NCBI GenBank assembly: GCA_039545335.1
Contig: BCIN01000005.1
Coordinates: forward strand, 1,020,641 to 1,084,640
DNA length: 64,000 bases
Direction of reading: 5' to 3'
Origin: Kondoa subrosea
Taxonomy: Eukaryota
Positions 40,704 to 52,373 of this stretch are shown piece by piece. The position numbers and the translations under genes are program-made. Each line of letters opens with the position of its first letter. Positions within the stretch are counted from its first letter, which is position 1. The notes under the pieces are model-generated. The model was not told the origin of the DNA and made no database searches. It saw nothing but the letters and a program-made list of their open reading frames with translations.

Positions 40704-42504
40704 ATGGCACCAGCAATGAATATTCCCCCGACATTCAAAGCCGGTAAGTCAAGAGCCTTCTCAGTAGCAACTTATGTTCGCTCATGTTTTACGCTTCTTG
40801 ACTGCCATAGCGGTGTATGATAAGCCAGGATCTATTTCCACCAAGATAGAAGAGCTACAAATGCCTGAACCTGGCCCAGGAGAAGTGCTCATCAGACTGG
40901 TAATCCGCTATCCATCTCGTCTTCATTCGACGTTTTACTAATTTGGTTTGTGTAGACACACTCTGGAGTCTGTCACAGGTGAATCAGACAGCTTCTTCAG
41001 CAGCAGAACGGATTTGCTGACGTCTTCCCTTCTTGGTTACCGTAGTGATTATGGAATCATGACCTGCTCATGGCCAGCTTTGCCTAAACCAACAGAGAAA
41101 GGTCAAATAGGGTAATTTATCAGATCTATCTTGGTTAAATCTAGCTGAGCCCGTCTCCAGTGGTCATGAGGGCGTGGGAGAAGTAGTGAAGCTTGGTCCA
41201 GCTAATGATGCTAGCTTGGTCAAAGTTGGTCAAAGGGTCGGCATCGTGCGTCTTCTTCCAAGCACTCTTTCGAGCCTCTAATGACTATGAATCAGAAATG
41301 GGTAGCAGATACTTGCGATCTTTGCGAGCCCTGTTTAGCTGGACATGATGCTCTCTGCAGTACGTATCTCTGGATACTAGTAGTGATCAATCGATGAATT
41401 GCTCTACAGCCAGCGTCAAAAACGCAGGATACTTCACTCCTGGTACATTTGGTCAATATATTCTCGGTCCATCTCGCTATGTCACACCTATCCCAGATGG
41501 TCTGGACAGCGCAATTGCTGCGTGCGTCTGAATTTCATTCCTAAGCCATTATCAAGCTCATCAATTCTTTCAGACCACTTCTTTGCGCCGGTTAGCCAAC
41601 TTTACAAGTGTAGACAGCGATGCTGACAATAACAATTACAGGTGTCACAGCTTACGCTGCTTTGCGAAAGTCTAGGACCGTCAGTGGTAACTACGTTGTC
41701 ATGCTAGGTGCAGGAGGAGGTCTAGGTTCGCCTGCTGATCCATCGGAATGCAAGCAGCGGCTAACCTTCTCTCAACGCAGGACACTTGGCCGTTCAAATT
41801 GCTGCTAAAAGTTTGGGTCTCCGAGTTATTGGAGTGGACCATCCTTCAAAGAAGGAGTTCGTTCTGGAATCAGGCGCCGAACACTTTATCGACCACACGA
41901 CTTGCAAAGATATCGGTGCTGAAGTTGCAAAGCTGACCGGAGGATTTGGGGCTCATGCTGTAGTGGTGTTGACTGCCGCAAACCCTGCTTATACTGCGTA
42001 AGTTCTGTTCATTACTTCAGGCAGAATGATTGTCGTTGATATGTTTTTCTTTCAGTGCTGTCACTTGCCTGAGATTTGGAGGAACTCGTATGTTACGTGC
42101 TATTTTACGGTGACCATGTGCTAATGCTACCTGAAGTTGTTTGTGTTGGTCTTCCTGGTATGTCCTGCTTACGTCTTCTGTGCTCCCGCGACTCATCTTG
42201 GATGCAGCCGGAGCAATGGTTCCTATCGCAACAGCCTATCCTTCCATGATTATTCTCAAGGAAATCACCATTGTCGGATCTTGTGTTGGTAATCGTAAAG
42301 AAGCTATCGAGACTTTGGATCTGGCTGCACGAGGCTTGATCAAGACACACATTAGCCTTGAACCTATGGATCAGGTGAGCTCTTGCGATTATCCATCACG
42401 AGGTTATGTCGTGCTGACTAATCATCCATCAGCTGGATTCGGTCTTCGAGAAGATGGGCAAGGGTCAGCTTAACGGACGAGTGGTCATTGATCTCTGGAA
42501 GTAA
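40704..42504 (+). CDS. Zinc-dependent alcohol dehydrogenase (MDR family)
   Basis: SGVCHSD, GHEGVG, structural Zn C-x2-C-x2-C-x7-C (CDLCEPC...C), GAGGGLG, GRVVIDL; about 13 introns; TAA 42502-42504. Confidence 0.92.
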
Positions 42505-42827
42505 AAACTCGTGTCCTATGTCTGTAACAAGTTATTTTGCACCAATTGTATTCCGACCTTCTTGAAATCATGCTACCTTTTTGCATCTCAACCATCTAAG
42601 CTCTTCTTGAACTGTGCGCTGCCTAAGTCAGGAAAGCACTACTAGATTTTAGCTGCTCGAGAACCCTCGGTAGGAGCGTATCAGGCAGCAAAGGACGCGT
42701 TTTGCAAAATCATGATGAAGGTTTCGAAGCGAATCTATGCCGATCTGTTGGAGCTCTCTGTGTACTTGTGTGCTCCAGTCAGCCTTGGAACCATTGCAGC
42801 TCATCACCTTGCTTCTCACTGCCTCTT

Positions 42828-42841
42828 CCCCTCAAATAGCG
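42828..42841 (+). promoter_or_regulatory. Candidate cis-element CCCCTCAAATAGCG upstream of the beta-hydroxyacid dehydrogenase
   Basis: Lies 85-98 bp before ATG 42926; an identical 14-mer occurs in reverse orientation at 49042-49055. Confidence 0.4.
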
Positions 42842-42925
42842 GAACTGTGAAAGCGCCGAGCTGAACTGATCTACCTCTTTCTTTTCTGTACCGTGCATTC
42901 TTAATTACAAGTATCTATCAAATCA

Positions 42926-44096
42926 ATGACAAAGTCTATGACACACACCTATGGTTTCAGTGCGTACTGTCAGCTAGCGACCTGGTGCGGTCTTATCTGA
43001 TCACTTTGCGGACAGTCGGTTTGGGAGCTATGGGGTATCCAATGGCGGCCACTCTCATCAGCAAGCTGTCAGCGCAAGATACAGTCTACGTTTTCGATGT
43101 CTTCACCAAAACTCTCGAGCAATTCAAATCTGAGTATGGGTCAAGTAAAGCGTCCTTGGTACTGTGCAATTCAGCAAAGGAAGTTACAGAGAGTTCTCAA
43201 ACAATCATCTCAATGGTACCGGAAGGCAAACATGTCGATACCGTGTTCTTTGGCGATCAAGGCGTTTGCTCTGCATCAAGCTACTCTGCCAAACTCTTCA
43301 TTGATTGCTCGACCATTGATGTCGCTACATCTGCTCGCGTAGCTGAAGCGCTCAAAAACAAATCTCTTTTCTGCGATGCTCCTTGTTCTGGCGGTCCTGC
43401 TAAATCAGCAAATGGAACTTTGACTTTCATGGCTGGAATTTCAGAAACGGATGCACATTGGGAACAGGTCAAAGGTATCCTCTCACTCATGGGAACAAAC
43501 ATCTTCGCTTGCGGGGGTCCACAAAAGGGATTGGCAACCAAATTGGCAAATAATTACCTATCGTCAGTTCAGTCTGGAGTTTAGCAGAGTCTTTCTTACG
43601 GAATCACTTTCCTCAGTGGTCTAATAGCCATTGCGACCAGCGAAGCCATGTCAATAGGCCAAGCTCATGGACTCGACCCTCATGTTCTATCCAATGTCTT
43701 CAATGCCAGCACTGCAAGTAACTGGATCAATGCGAACTGCAATCCTGTACCTGGTGTATCTCCAGCTGCACCTCCTTCAAAGTCATATGTTGGAGGATTC
43801 AAGGTAAGACTACTGCATTAACCAGCTATTCGAGTCTCTTTGTGAATCGTTCCTTTCTATAGGTCCAGCTTATGCTCAAGGACTTCACCCTGGCGATGGA
43901 AGCTGCCAAAAGCAAAGATGTCAATGTAGTGCTTGGCGAGAAGGGTTTGCAAACGTCAGTCTTGATCTTGAACGAAAAACACACATATGCTGAAAAGTAC
44001 TTTGAATACAGATACAAAGAAGCTTCAAGTGATCCGCGCTATATTGACAGGGACTCAAGAGTGGTTTACAAGTATCTCAGAGGGGAAGATATCTAG
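42926..44096 (+). CDS. beta-hydroxyacid dehydrogenase (3-hydroxyisobutyrate dehydrogenase-like)
   Basis: GLGAMGYPMA, IDCSTI, DAPCSGG, catalytic KLANNY, CNPVPG, YVGGF, MLKD. Confidence 0.9.
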
Positions 44097-44325
44097 CCTA
44101 TCCTCATGCATTTTTTAGATCAAGCTTGTTGTTCTTAGACCATAGTATGCTGCATTTTACATTTCTAATTCTCTACTCCTTTCTTCCTCCCTCTGACTGT
44201 CCGTAAACGCGTATTGTTTTTGTTTTACGCGTTAAGCGCCCCTCCTGAAATGCTTGCCCGCATTTAGTTCCATTAGATTGAATCTCTTCTTTTCTGTCTT
44301 TCTATCTCGTTGATCATCAATCGCA

Positions 44326-44987
44326 ATGTCTCGTCATATCTCTGGAACTGGAAGCAACGATACCTACGAGAAAGGTTTAGCGATTCGTCGTGCGGTAGTA
44401 GGCGACGAATATGTCAACCGGGCTCTTGAGAATGGTTCTTCAGATTTCGCTCGTTCGTGCTCTTTACTCGATCTACGTATCTGAATATTGAGCAAGTATC
44501 TAGAACCAATGCAACAGCTTGTGACGGAAGCATGCTGGGTGAGACAAGCGCTTTGATGCATTGAAATCATACCAACTATCCGAGGCAATAGGGTCTAGTT
44601 TGGGGACGTCCTGATCTAGCGAGGCGGGACAGAAGCATGATCAACTTGGTCAGTCTGGAAGATAGGCTGTATACGAAGATATGCTGATTAAGCTGTATTC
44701 AACAGGCTATGCTTTCAGCTCTAAACAGAGGACCAGAACTAGCGATTCATGTCAGAGGAGCTATTAACAATGGTCTTACGGAAGTAGAGATCCGGGAAGT
44801 GCTATTGCAAGTTTCAACATGTCAGTCACTTGTTCCTTGAATTCATCGCTCCTGGTCGACTGATACACCAATACTGTTAGACTGCGGTGTACCTGCTGGA
44901 ATTGAAGCTTTCAAGATCGCCGAAAAGGTCATTAAGGAGATGAAAGCAAATGGGGAATTTCCCGCAAGTGCAGGTTCAAAGTCGTAG
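44326..44987 (+). CDS. Carboxymuconolactone decarboxylase / AhpD-like protein
   Basis: Spliced GLAIRRAVVGDEYV...VTEACWGLVWGRPDLARRDRSMINLAMLSAL...ELAIHVRGAINNGLT...YCGVPAG; not in the ORF track; TAG 44985-44987. Confidence 0.9.
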
Positions 44988-45292
44988 AGGTGTTTGGCTT
45001 TTGCATTGCATTATTCTCTTCCCATCTTCATCGCGGACCACCAATTTACGTATCGGAAGCGACCGTGACATTCCGCCCGATGAATTCGAATCATAAAATG
45101 GCAGAATTCATGAATGACCTAGAGTGATGATCACCGGCGTTGTCATCTTATAAGCGTAAGACGACGAGACGAGACCATTGACCTGTCAAAATGTAGAATG
45201 CGAGATTACATAAGCATTCGAATCCCGGATTTACTTTGGGCCGAAAGCGCGGAGAGCCAAAGAGGAATCAGAAAAAGTGATAGAGGTACAAC

Positions 45293-48200
45293 ATGGGCAA
45301 GCATTCCTGTCAGTGCTGCATCGTATCCCGGATCTCGGTCGCAGGCTAAAGAGGGTTCATTTGCAGGCGTATTTTGCGACAAGACTTTCAATCGATTGGA
45401 ACATCTGTAAGAGGCTGCCAAGGGAGTAGTAGCAGTGTTACTGAAGATGTTCTGTCACAGAAATCGTCATACTGCAGCCCACACAGGCAAGGAGTCGACT
45501 TTGTTCGCACATAACCCCGCTAATGAATGTGCTCGAACAGGTCAAAGGGACCATGGTTGTAACCTTTGCGGTGCCGCTTTTGGTCGAAAGTAAGCTTCGC
45601 CGTAATCGTTTCCACATCTACTAAGTACTCTACCTCAGAGATCTTCTTCAGCGACATATTAGAACAATTCATTCAGATCAAGTAAACGCGGCGAAAGCTC
45701 ATGGTCAGAAAGATGGGGACGAGCAGAAGCCCGCTAGGAAGAAGCGGCGAACCAGTGAGCTTGTGCACCAATATAATATCACTCGTGCTGAAATGTACCA
45801 GACGTCGCTTTAAGAGGTACGATAGTCGACGATCCAATCTTCTTAGTTGTAATGATTATGTACTCTGCAGGTCTACAGTGGAAGGAAGACAGCGAAGGTG
45901 CGGAAGCTTCGACCGATGGAGGAAGCTACAACATACCAGGTCTGTGGCTATTCCATTCGATGCGTGCATTTGCTTCTTGCTTAAGAATTGTGTTATTCGT
46001 ATACAGTCACTGGAAATCAGCAGCAGCAGCAGCAGCAGCAGACTTCTCCGCAAACAGTCACTCAGTCGGCGAGCGACAGCAACATAAATCTCGACCTCCT
46101 CTCGATGCTAGCCTCAAGCATACCATCTAATCCTGCAAATTCACAGAATCTTTGGCTTTCTAACATGCAGCAGACTCAAAACGGCGCTCAAGCTGACTTT
46201 AATCATCAGCCTGAAGGTATCTTCACAGCAGCATCACAACTTCCGTATTCTCTGCCGAGTGACCTTTTCAACGACACTTCAGGTATGGGTGCACTCAACA
46301 TGCAGAACTCAAATCTGGGCACCATGGAACTGCAGAACAACGTTGATCCCTTGAGCTATGACACAAATTTCATGCAGCAGCAACCTATGCCTTGTTGGGA
46401 AGACTGGGTGGAACCTTGGATCAGCTCTTGCGTGTAAGCTTTGTTCTGTGAAGCATGATTGATACCTATAGTTTTTCTGTGCAGGAACACCAACCCGCCG
46501 CTAGACTTTTCATCGCCTGGACTGTTTCACACTCCACTCGCCAATCCACCTGCACACGGGCGCTCGCCTTTAGGCCAGTCTCAGCAATCTCTGACAGAAA
46601 CAGAAGAAGCTCGCGACGAAGATCACCAAAATATGATCAACGTGCCATATATTCTAGTCAGCAATGCTCCATCGCCTGGTGCCGAAACAGTACAAGACGA
46701 CACCTTATCCATGAGTGCTGGATCAGTGGATCTCACAGGTCCAGCATCCGCCTACACAATCACCGCTGCCCAACACGCTACGATTTGCGAGTCGATCAAG
46801 GCGGCTTTGCCGGCCTCTACTTCTCCGCCGATACTGCCTACTCAATATGGAATGAGTCGCTACTTGAAAGGTTACTTCAACGGTCTTCAAAGACATTTTC
46901 CCTTTCTGCACAGACCGACATTCCGCCTGGAGCAATCAAGCGCCACTCTTATAATCAGCATTTTGACAGTCGGCGCTCATTACCTCTTCGAAAGATCTGT
47001 AGCTTTGCGTCTGCATCTTATATGGAAAGCGTTGAAGAAAGGCAAAGGTCGAGCTGGACCCCACAGTCAAGCAGCTGTTTCCCCGCGACTTGTAAATGGA
47101 GCAGAAGCACAATTAGAAGAAGCTCAATCTTTGCTGTTGATTTTGGTTTACATGACTTGGTCGCCAGAAGAGGGTTTGCTGCAAGAAGCTTTGGGTTACC
47201 AGTCACAATTGGCTAATGTCAGTGTCTGCTGACGAAGCGCTTGTTATGGTGCTGATGCTCGATTTAGATGGCGAGGAAAGTCGGTTTAAAGGATGAAGAG
47301 AACTCGAAGTCGCATGAAATTAGACGGAACGAGAATGATTGGCATAGTTGGATCGTCGAAGAGCGCGCTCGAAGGTATATATCATACTTCGTTGAGATGT
47401 ATACAACTAACGAAACTTGCTTAGAACCAAATTCAGCATTTACTCCTTCATCAATTTACAGTGAGTGTTCTTTCTTGCGCTGGAATCAGTGACCTAGAAT
47501 TGATTGTTGTGTAGAAATATTGTCTATCAAGTGGCACCTTCACTGCTGAGTGCTGAGCTACAATTGCATATGCCCTGTTCGGAGACGTAGGTAGTATTGG
47601 AATCATGCTGAAGTCGTATAATCTTAACTGTTGTTACAGCGAATGGAAAGCTCCATCTGCGCAAATCTGGGCCCGCTTACCTGTAAACCAGCCGCAGCTA
47701 TTTGCTCTACATCTCAGCGAAATGTCCAAACCGACAGCAGGCGTACAGCTGCCTAAATTGGATGTCTTTGGAGCATACATTCTCATTTCAGCTCTGCTTC
47801 AGTCTCTTTTCTTTCGCAAGCAATTATTAGCAGAATCAGTTGATCTGGCACCTGAGAAGGCCGCCTTACAAAAGTGGCTCGCCATATATGAAAGCGAAAC
47901 ACAGACCTCCCAATTTGCTCCTGAACCTCTCGCCTTCAATGCGACCGCTCTCTTGCGCCTGGCATATGTTCGACTCTATTGTAATTTCGGACCTGCACTC
48001 TCATTCCTCTCTTCGTGCGATGCACATCAAGTAGCCGAAGAGATTCTATCTATGCCACCGGTAGAAAGAAATGCAGAGATCTGTCGAGCAGCGGATCATG
48101 CCCGAAGAGGGCTGAACATTCTTGTACGCATAGGTCCTAGGCTGTGCTCTCAAACACAAGCGTTTGTCTGGAGCTTACAGCATTCACTCTGTTCTTTCGA

Positions 48201-48603
48201 AGCTGGTACGTTGCTATCGTCGAGCTTATTGCCAAAGCTCAGATTGTGGATAGCGCTGCTACTCGCAAGATGGCTGCTACCAATCACTTCGGCGGAGAAG
48301 AGCTCGCTAACATCAGAAGAGCTCCACGTATTACAGGCTGTTGAAGCAGCAGTATGTGAAGACGAAGATATTGACAAAGCAAGGAGTCTCAGCGCCAAAG
48401 TCCTCCTCATTTGGGTACGTTGCCGTATTGTTCAGCTCCTCTTTGCTGATGTCTATCCAGGCTCAACTCTACAGCGGTACTACAGTCTGGTCGTGAGTCA
48501 TCTTTTTCCTGTAGAGTACTTCTTCGTCTGACGAGATCTTAGCATCATGCCGCTGCTTGGAAATTGCTTGAGATTGGTCGCGGAGGGTTTAGATACGCAA
48601 TAG
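45293..48603 (+). CDS. Two-finger C2H2 transcription factor with fungal-specific TF (middle homology) domain
   Basis: Spliced CVFCDKTFNRLEHLNRHTAAHTG-QRDHGCNLCGAAFGRKDLLQRHIRTIH (Adr1/Mxr1-like helices), polyQ, HFPFLHRPTF, WIVEERARR, FNATALLRLAYVRL. Confidence 0.88.
46018..46041 (+). repeat. (CAG)8 microsatellite encoding polyQ in the TF
   Basis: Eight perfect CAG codons. Confidence 0.9.
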
Positions 48604-49041
48604 CGTGTAATTGCATGTACTCATATTGCACAAACACATGAGAGCAATACTCGTAACAATACCGGAAACAGTAAATGAACCATCTAATTGCGACAGGACT
48701 GATCAGCGAGCGCTGACACCTTCCGTCGCACATTGTCATATACTCGAACTCAGATCGCTTTTGCAAGTTCAACGATCAGAGTAACCATCCCGAATTGTTT
48801 CCTAGCACTAGTCGTGCGCAGCGTGCTTGCAAAAGACTTATGCGTCTCTGTCAAAGATCTCCACCTGTCAGATACCATATCTCGCTCACTCGCCAGTTCT
48901 GCACATTTCTTGGCTTTTTCCTTCTTCCGTTCTTCTCCTGTGCCTATCATGCTTGCTATGAGAGTGTTGTGCTATGAGCTTTACATCTTGCAGTGCCAAG
49001 CTGGAGTCCGCTGAGGTTGCTCCAGGTTGTGCCGCTTTTTT

Positions 49042-49055
49042 CGCTATTTGAGGGG
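49042..49055 (-). promoter_or_regulatory. Candidate cis-element (reverse complement of CCCCTCAAATAGCG) upstream of the MBL hydrolase
   Basis: cgctatttgagggg, 110-123 bp before ATG 49165. Confidence 0.4.
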
Positions 49056-49164
49056 TTTCCGAGGAGAAGTCTAGCATTTACTATTGATCCAGTACAGGAG
49101 CGGGCGGGTGCTCAGAGAATGATATCCGCTGGTACAGTGCTGTCCTATACTTGGCTATTCCCCA

Positions 49165-50313
49165 ATGTTGATCACCAGCAATGCAGAACTGCCGTCCTCA
49201 GCAAGCGATCAAGTCTATTGTCGCGTAGCTGCTCTCGACTCGGGTCTGTTCAGCTTACCAGAGCGTGACTTTTTGCAAGACGGTCATCCCACAAAGCAAT
49301 TCCAAGCTCCATCCCTGTCTTTTCTCGTTCGACATCCTGCTGCTGGTTCTGAAGAATTACTTCTGTTTGATCTGGGACTTCGAAGGGATCTTACAACCTA
49401 TGTGGATGCTTTGCAATCGCATTTGGAAAGTAGACGCCGTAAGTGCTATACGGATAAGGATGTTGGTCTATCTAATCAGGAATCTCTTGTAGCGTTTAAT
49501 GTCGAGAATGAAGCGAAGGATTGCTTAGAACAAGGTGGAATTGATCCAAATGAGATTTCTTTCGTGCTTCTTTCGCATGTCCACGTATGTCAAATAATTT
49601 CGCCGAGTTGTATGCTATGCTGAATTCTTTCGAAATCAAACAGTGGGATCACATTGGTCAACCACGCGACTTTCCTCGGGCTCTTCATCTCGTCGGTTCC
49701 GGCAGCTTACATCTTCTCAAACAAGGGCGAGGCGCGAATGGTGCTGGACACTTTGATGCTCATCTCTTTGATGGTCTGCAAGTTCGAGAGCTACCGAAAC
49801 CTACCAACAAAGATCCGGAGCGCTTTCCTAAGGCATACCATCCACCTCTGAATGGTGTTTACCAATGCAAAAGCGGAGGATGTTGGCAACCTTTAGGACC
49901 ATTCCCCAATACGCTCGACTTCTTTGGAGATGGTTCGCTATACATCGTTGATGCTCCTGGTCATCTGTATGGTCATTGCAACCTGCTTGTCCGAATTGGA
50001 GATGGAGAGTGGGTTTATCTAGGTCAGTCCAAATTGTTACTATGTCGTGAGCAACCTGCTCACAGAAGTAATAGGAGGAGATGCCGCTCATCATCCTGAT
50101 CTACTTTCTGGTGCTCGACAAATAGCGCAATGGAAGACAGCGGATGGCTGTTTGAGCGGGTGTATGCATTTGGACAAAGCTGCGACAGAGGAAACAATGT
50201 CCAGAATTAGGTCCTTGAAGAAGCTCAAAGATTCAAAAGTCGAAGTGATTCTTGCGCATGACCAAGTTTGGAGAAAGGCGAATCCACACCGTTTCTTGCC
50301 TGGACATCTTTGA
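49165..50313 (+). CDS. Metallo-beta-lactamase-fold hydrolase, AHL-lactonase/lactamase-like
   Basis: LLFDLGLR, SHVH|WDHIG (HxHxDH split by an intron), DFFGDGS, PGHLYGH, GDAAH, LAHD. Confidence 0.88.
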
Positions 50314-50747
50314 GCTTGCTAGTAGTAAGTGAATCTCATAATGACTGCGTGGCAAGGCTAATCCTAAGCAAGCACAGAACGGTTTAGAGTGCACAGCGTA
50401 GTCTGATCCGAGTCAATTGTCAGCGATTTGTAACAAGTTTTGTAAGGGTTCATCGCATATATTCCTGAGTTTTGTACATAGCATAGCGATAGGCAACAGG
50501 GTCAACCAGGGTCTACTTCTCCTTACGTAAATACTTCTGCCATTACGTAAACAATAAACAACTTGCTCGTATATATTCCAGTGATTTCGAGCTTTGCCTC
50601 TCTTTCACGAAGCACCATTTTCAGGCAGAAGCTCTTACTTCGCGTAGCTCTCGACGTGATCCTTACTGTGCAGCGTCATACGCACATCATCTCGTTCACA
50701 AAGCTCTGTACTTCACCTACCTCGCTTTGACCTCTTCTTTTTACGAT

Positions 50748-52263
50748 ATGGTCCTATTTAAATCTGACGAAGCCAAATTTCTCGTCAATCTTATCGAGAA
50801 GACCGCTGGAATTGATTTGCTCCATCCCTGCGACCGTAGCGAGATTCGCAAGAAATTGAATGCGGGTACATTCGAGCGTCTTTGGACTATTCATGAGCAA
50901 GATGGGGCACCTCTCCTCTATTGTTTCGCTTTAGGTGTGATGAACGGTGTTGTCATTAAAGAGAAGCATCATCAGGGCGTTACGCAGGTTTTGGAAATGG
51001 GTATCATGGAGATGGTCGAAGTTGATCAGATTCGAAAGTGTATGGTCGAATACCCGAACGACGGGAGTTATTGGAACTTTGAGAGTAAGGATGGTTTGGG
51101 TGGCATCTCATGCATGAGCCTGGTCGACGTTGAACATTACAAGAACACTTTGAAACCTCAAGTTTCAGCTTGTATTGCTCAGAAGCGCTTCAGCGCTGCT
51201 CTCAAGCTCTTGTGGCAAGAAGAGTATCCCACCACCGTCTCCTTCATGGCTATGGATGCCTTCGCTGAAGAAAACACCCCGCTTTTTCAATCCATCTTCG
51301 AGAGTATTGCAGCTCTCGACTTTAATCTGGAAGACGGCGGCGAGCAACGTCAGATTCAGTACATTGCAGTATGCGAGTTGGCAAGACTTTTGACTCTCCT
51401 GGTTGGCTATGCCGATCCTCGAAAGACCGTTGTTGGGTCTATCTGCACTCAATTATTCACAGCTGGCGTAAAGCTAATTCTGGTCATCGCTGGAGCTCTC
51501 AAAGCAGATCTACCTCACAGTTCCATCACTCCTGAGGCACACCAACGCGCTTCGACAGTCAAGTTAATCAAAGATTTGTACTCCTTGGTTACAATGTGCC
51601 TTCTCTTTGATGAGACCGGCTGCCTCGCACTCGTCGGCTCTTTCGACATCATTCAGCTCTCTCCAAGTCACGAAGCCGATAATCTCGACTCGCGATTCGA
51701 GTTTCTTGCGAAGTGGTATTGGTATTACGGAGTATTGAAAATTCTGGCTCAGGATGGATCAGCTCAATCTGCTGAGAAGAAGGAACGAGACAGAAGACTA
51801 GTCGAGGGAATCGAATTCCTGCCTCGTCTATTCCATCCCAACTTCGAAGTCTGGCAGCTCGACCTGGATAATCCAAATGAAAAATTTTATGAGGTCCATG
51901 ATCCGATCCAGAAATCCTTGCACTTGATCAACAGTTTCAAACAAGGCGTACTCTGCCCAGAACCCCTGTATTTTGGCAGCGTTGAGGCGTGTCATCATTG
52001 TGGTGTAGTTGAGCATGGGAACTTTGCACAGCAGACTTTCGAGCAGTAGGTCTGCTTATCGACTTCTCCACGAGCTACTGAGCGGTCAACCGATAGCTGC
52101 GATGGTTGCGGTGTGATCATGTACTGTTCAATCGAGCATGCGCAAGCCGATTGTGAACACCAAAAGAGCTGCCGCAAAGAAAGACCACCTTCAACTGAAG
52201 GTGAGCTGCTTGTATGCATTCACTCTGCTCTTCGCATTGAAAATGATAAGTGCAGACTTGTGA
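50748..52263 (+). CDS. Protein with C-terminal MYND-type zinc finger
   Basis: Long helical exon then CHHC...|CDGC-GVIM-YCSIEHAQADCEHQKSC; ends DL* (TGA 52261-52263). Confidence 0.75.
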
Positions 52264-52373
52264 AAATGATAACAGGGGTGATCATTGAGATGACCCAAAT
52301 CGCGCTGGGTAGAACAATTTCTCTCGCTTTTTACAACGTGTAGTAGAATTCCATCAAAATCAAACAAGGTACA

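Noticed and set aside
48545..49077. Short minus-strand ORFs between the TF and MBL genes
   Set aside because: No coherent spliced model or recognisable protein could be built.
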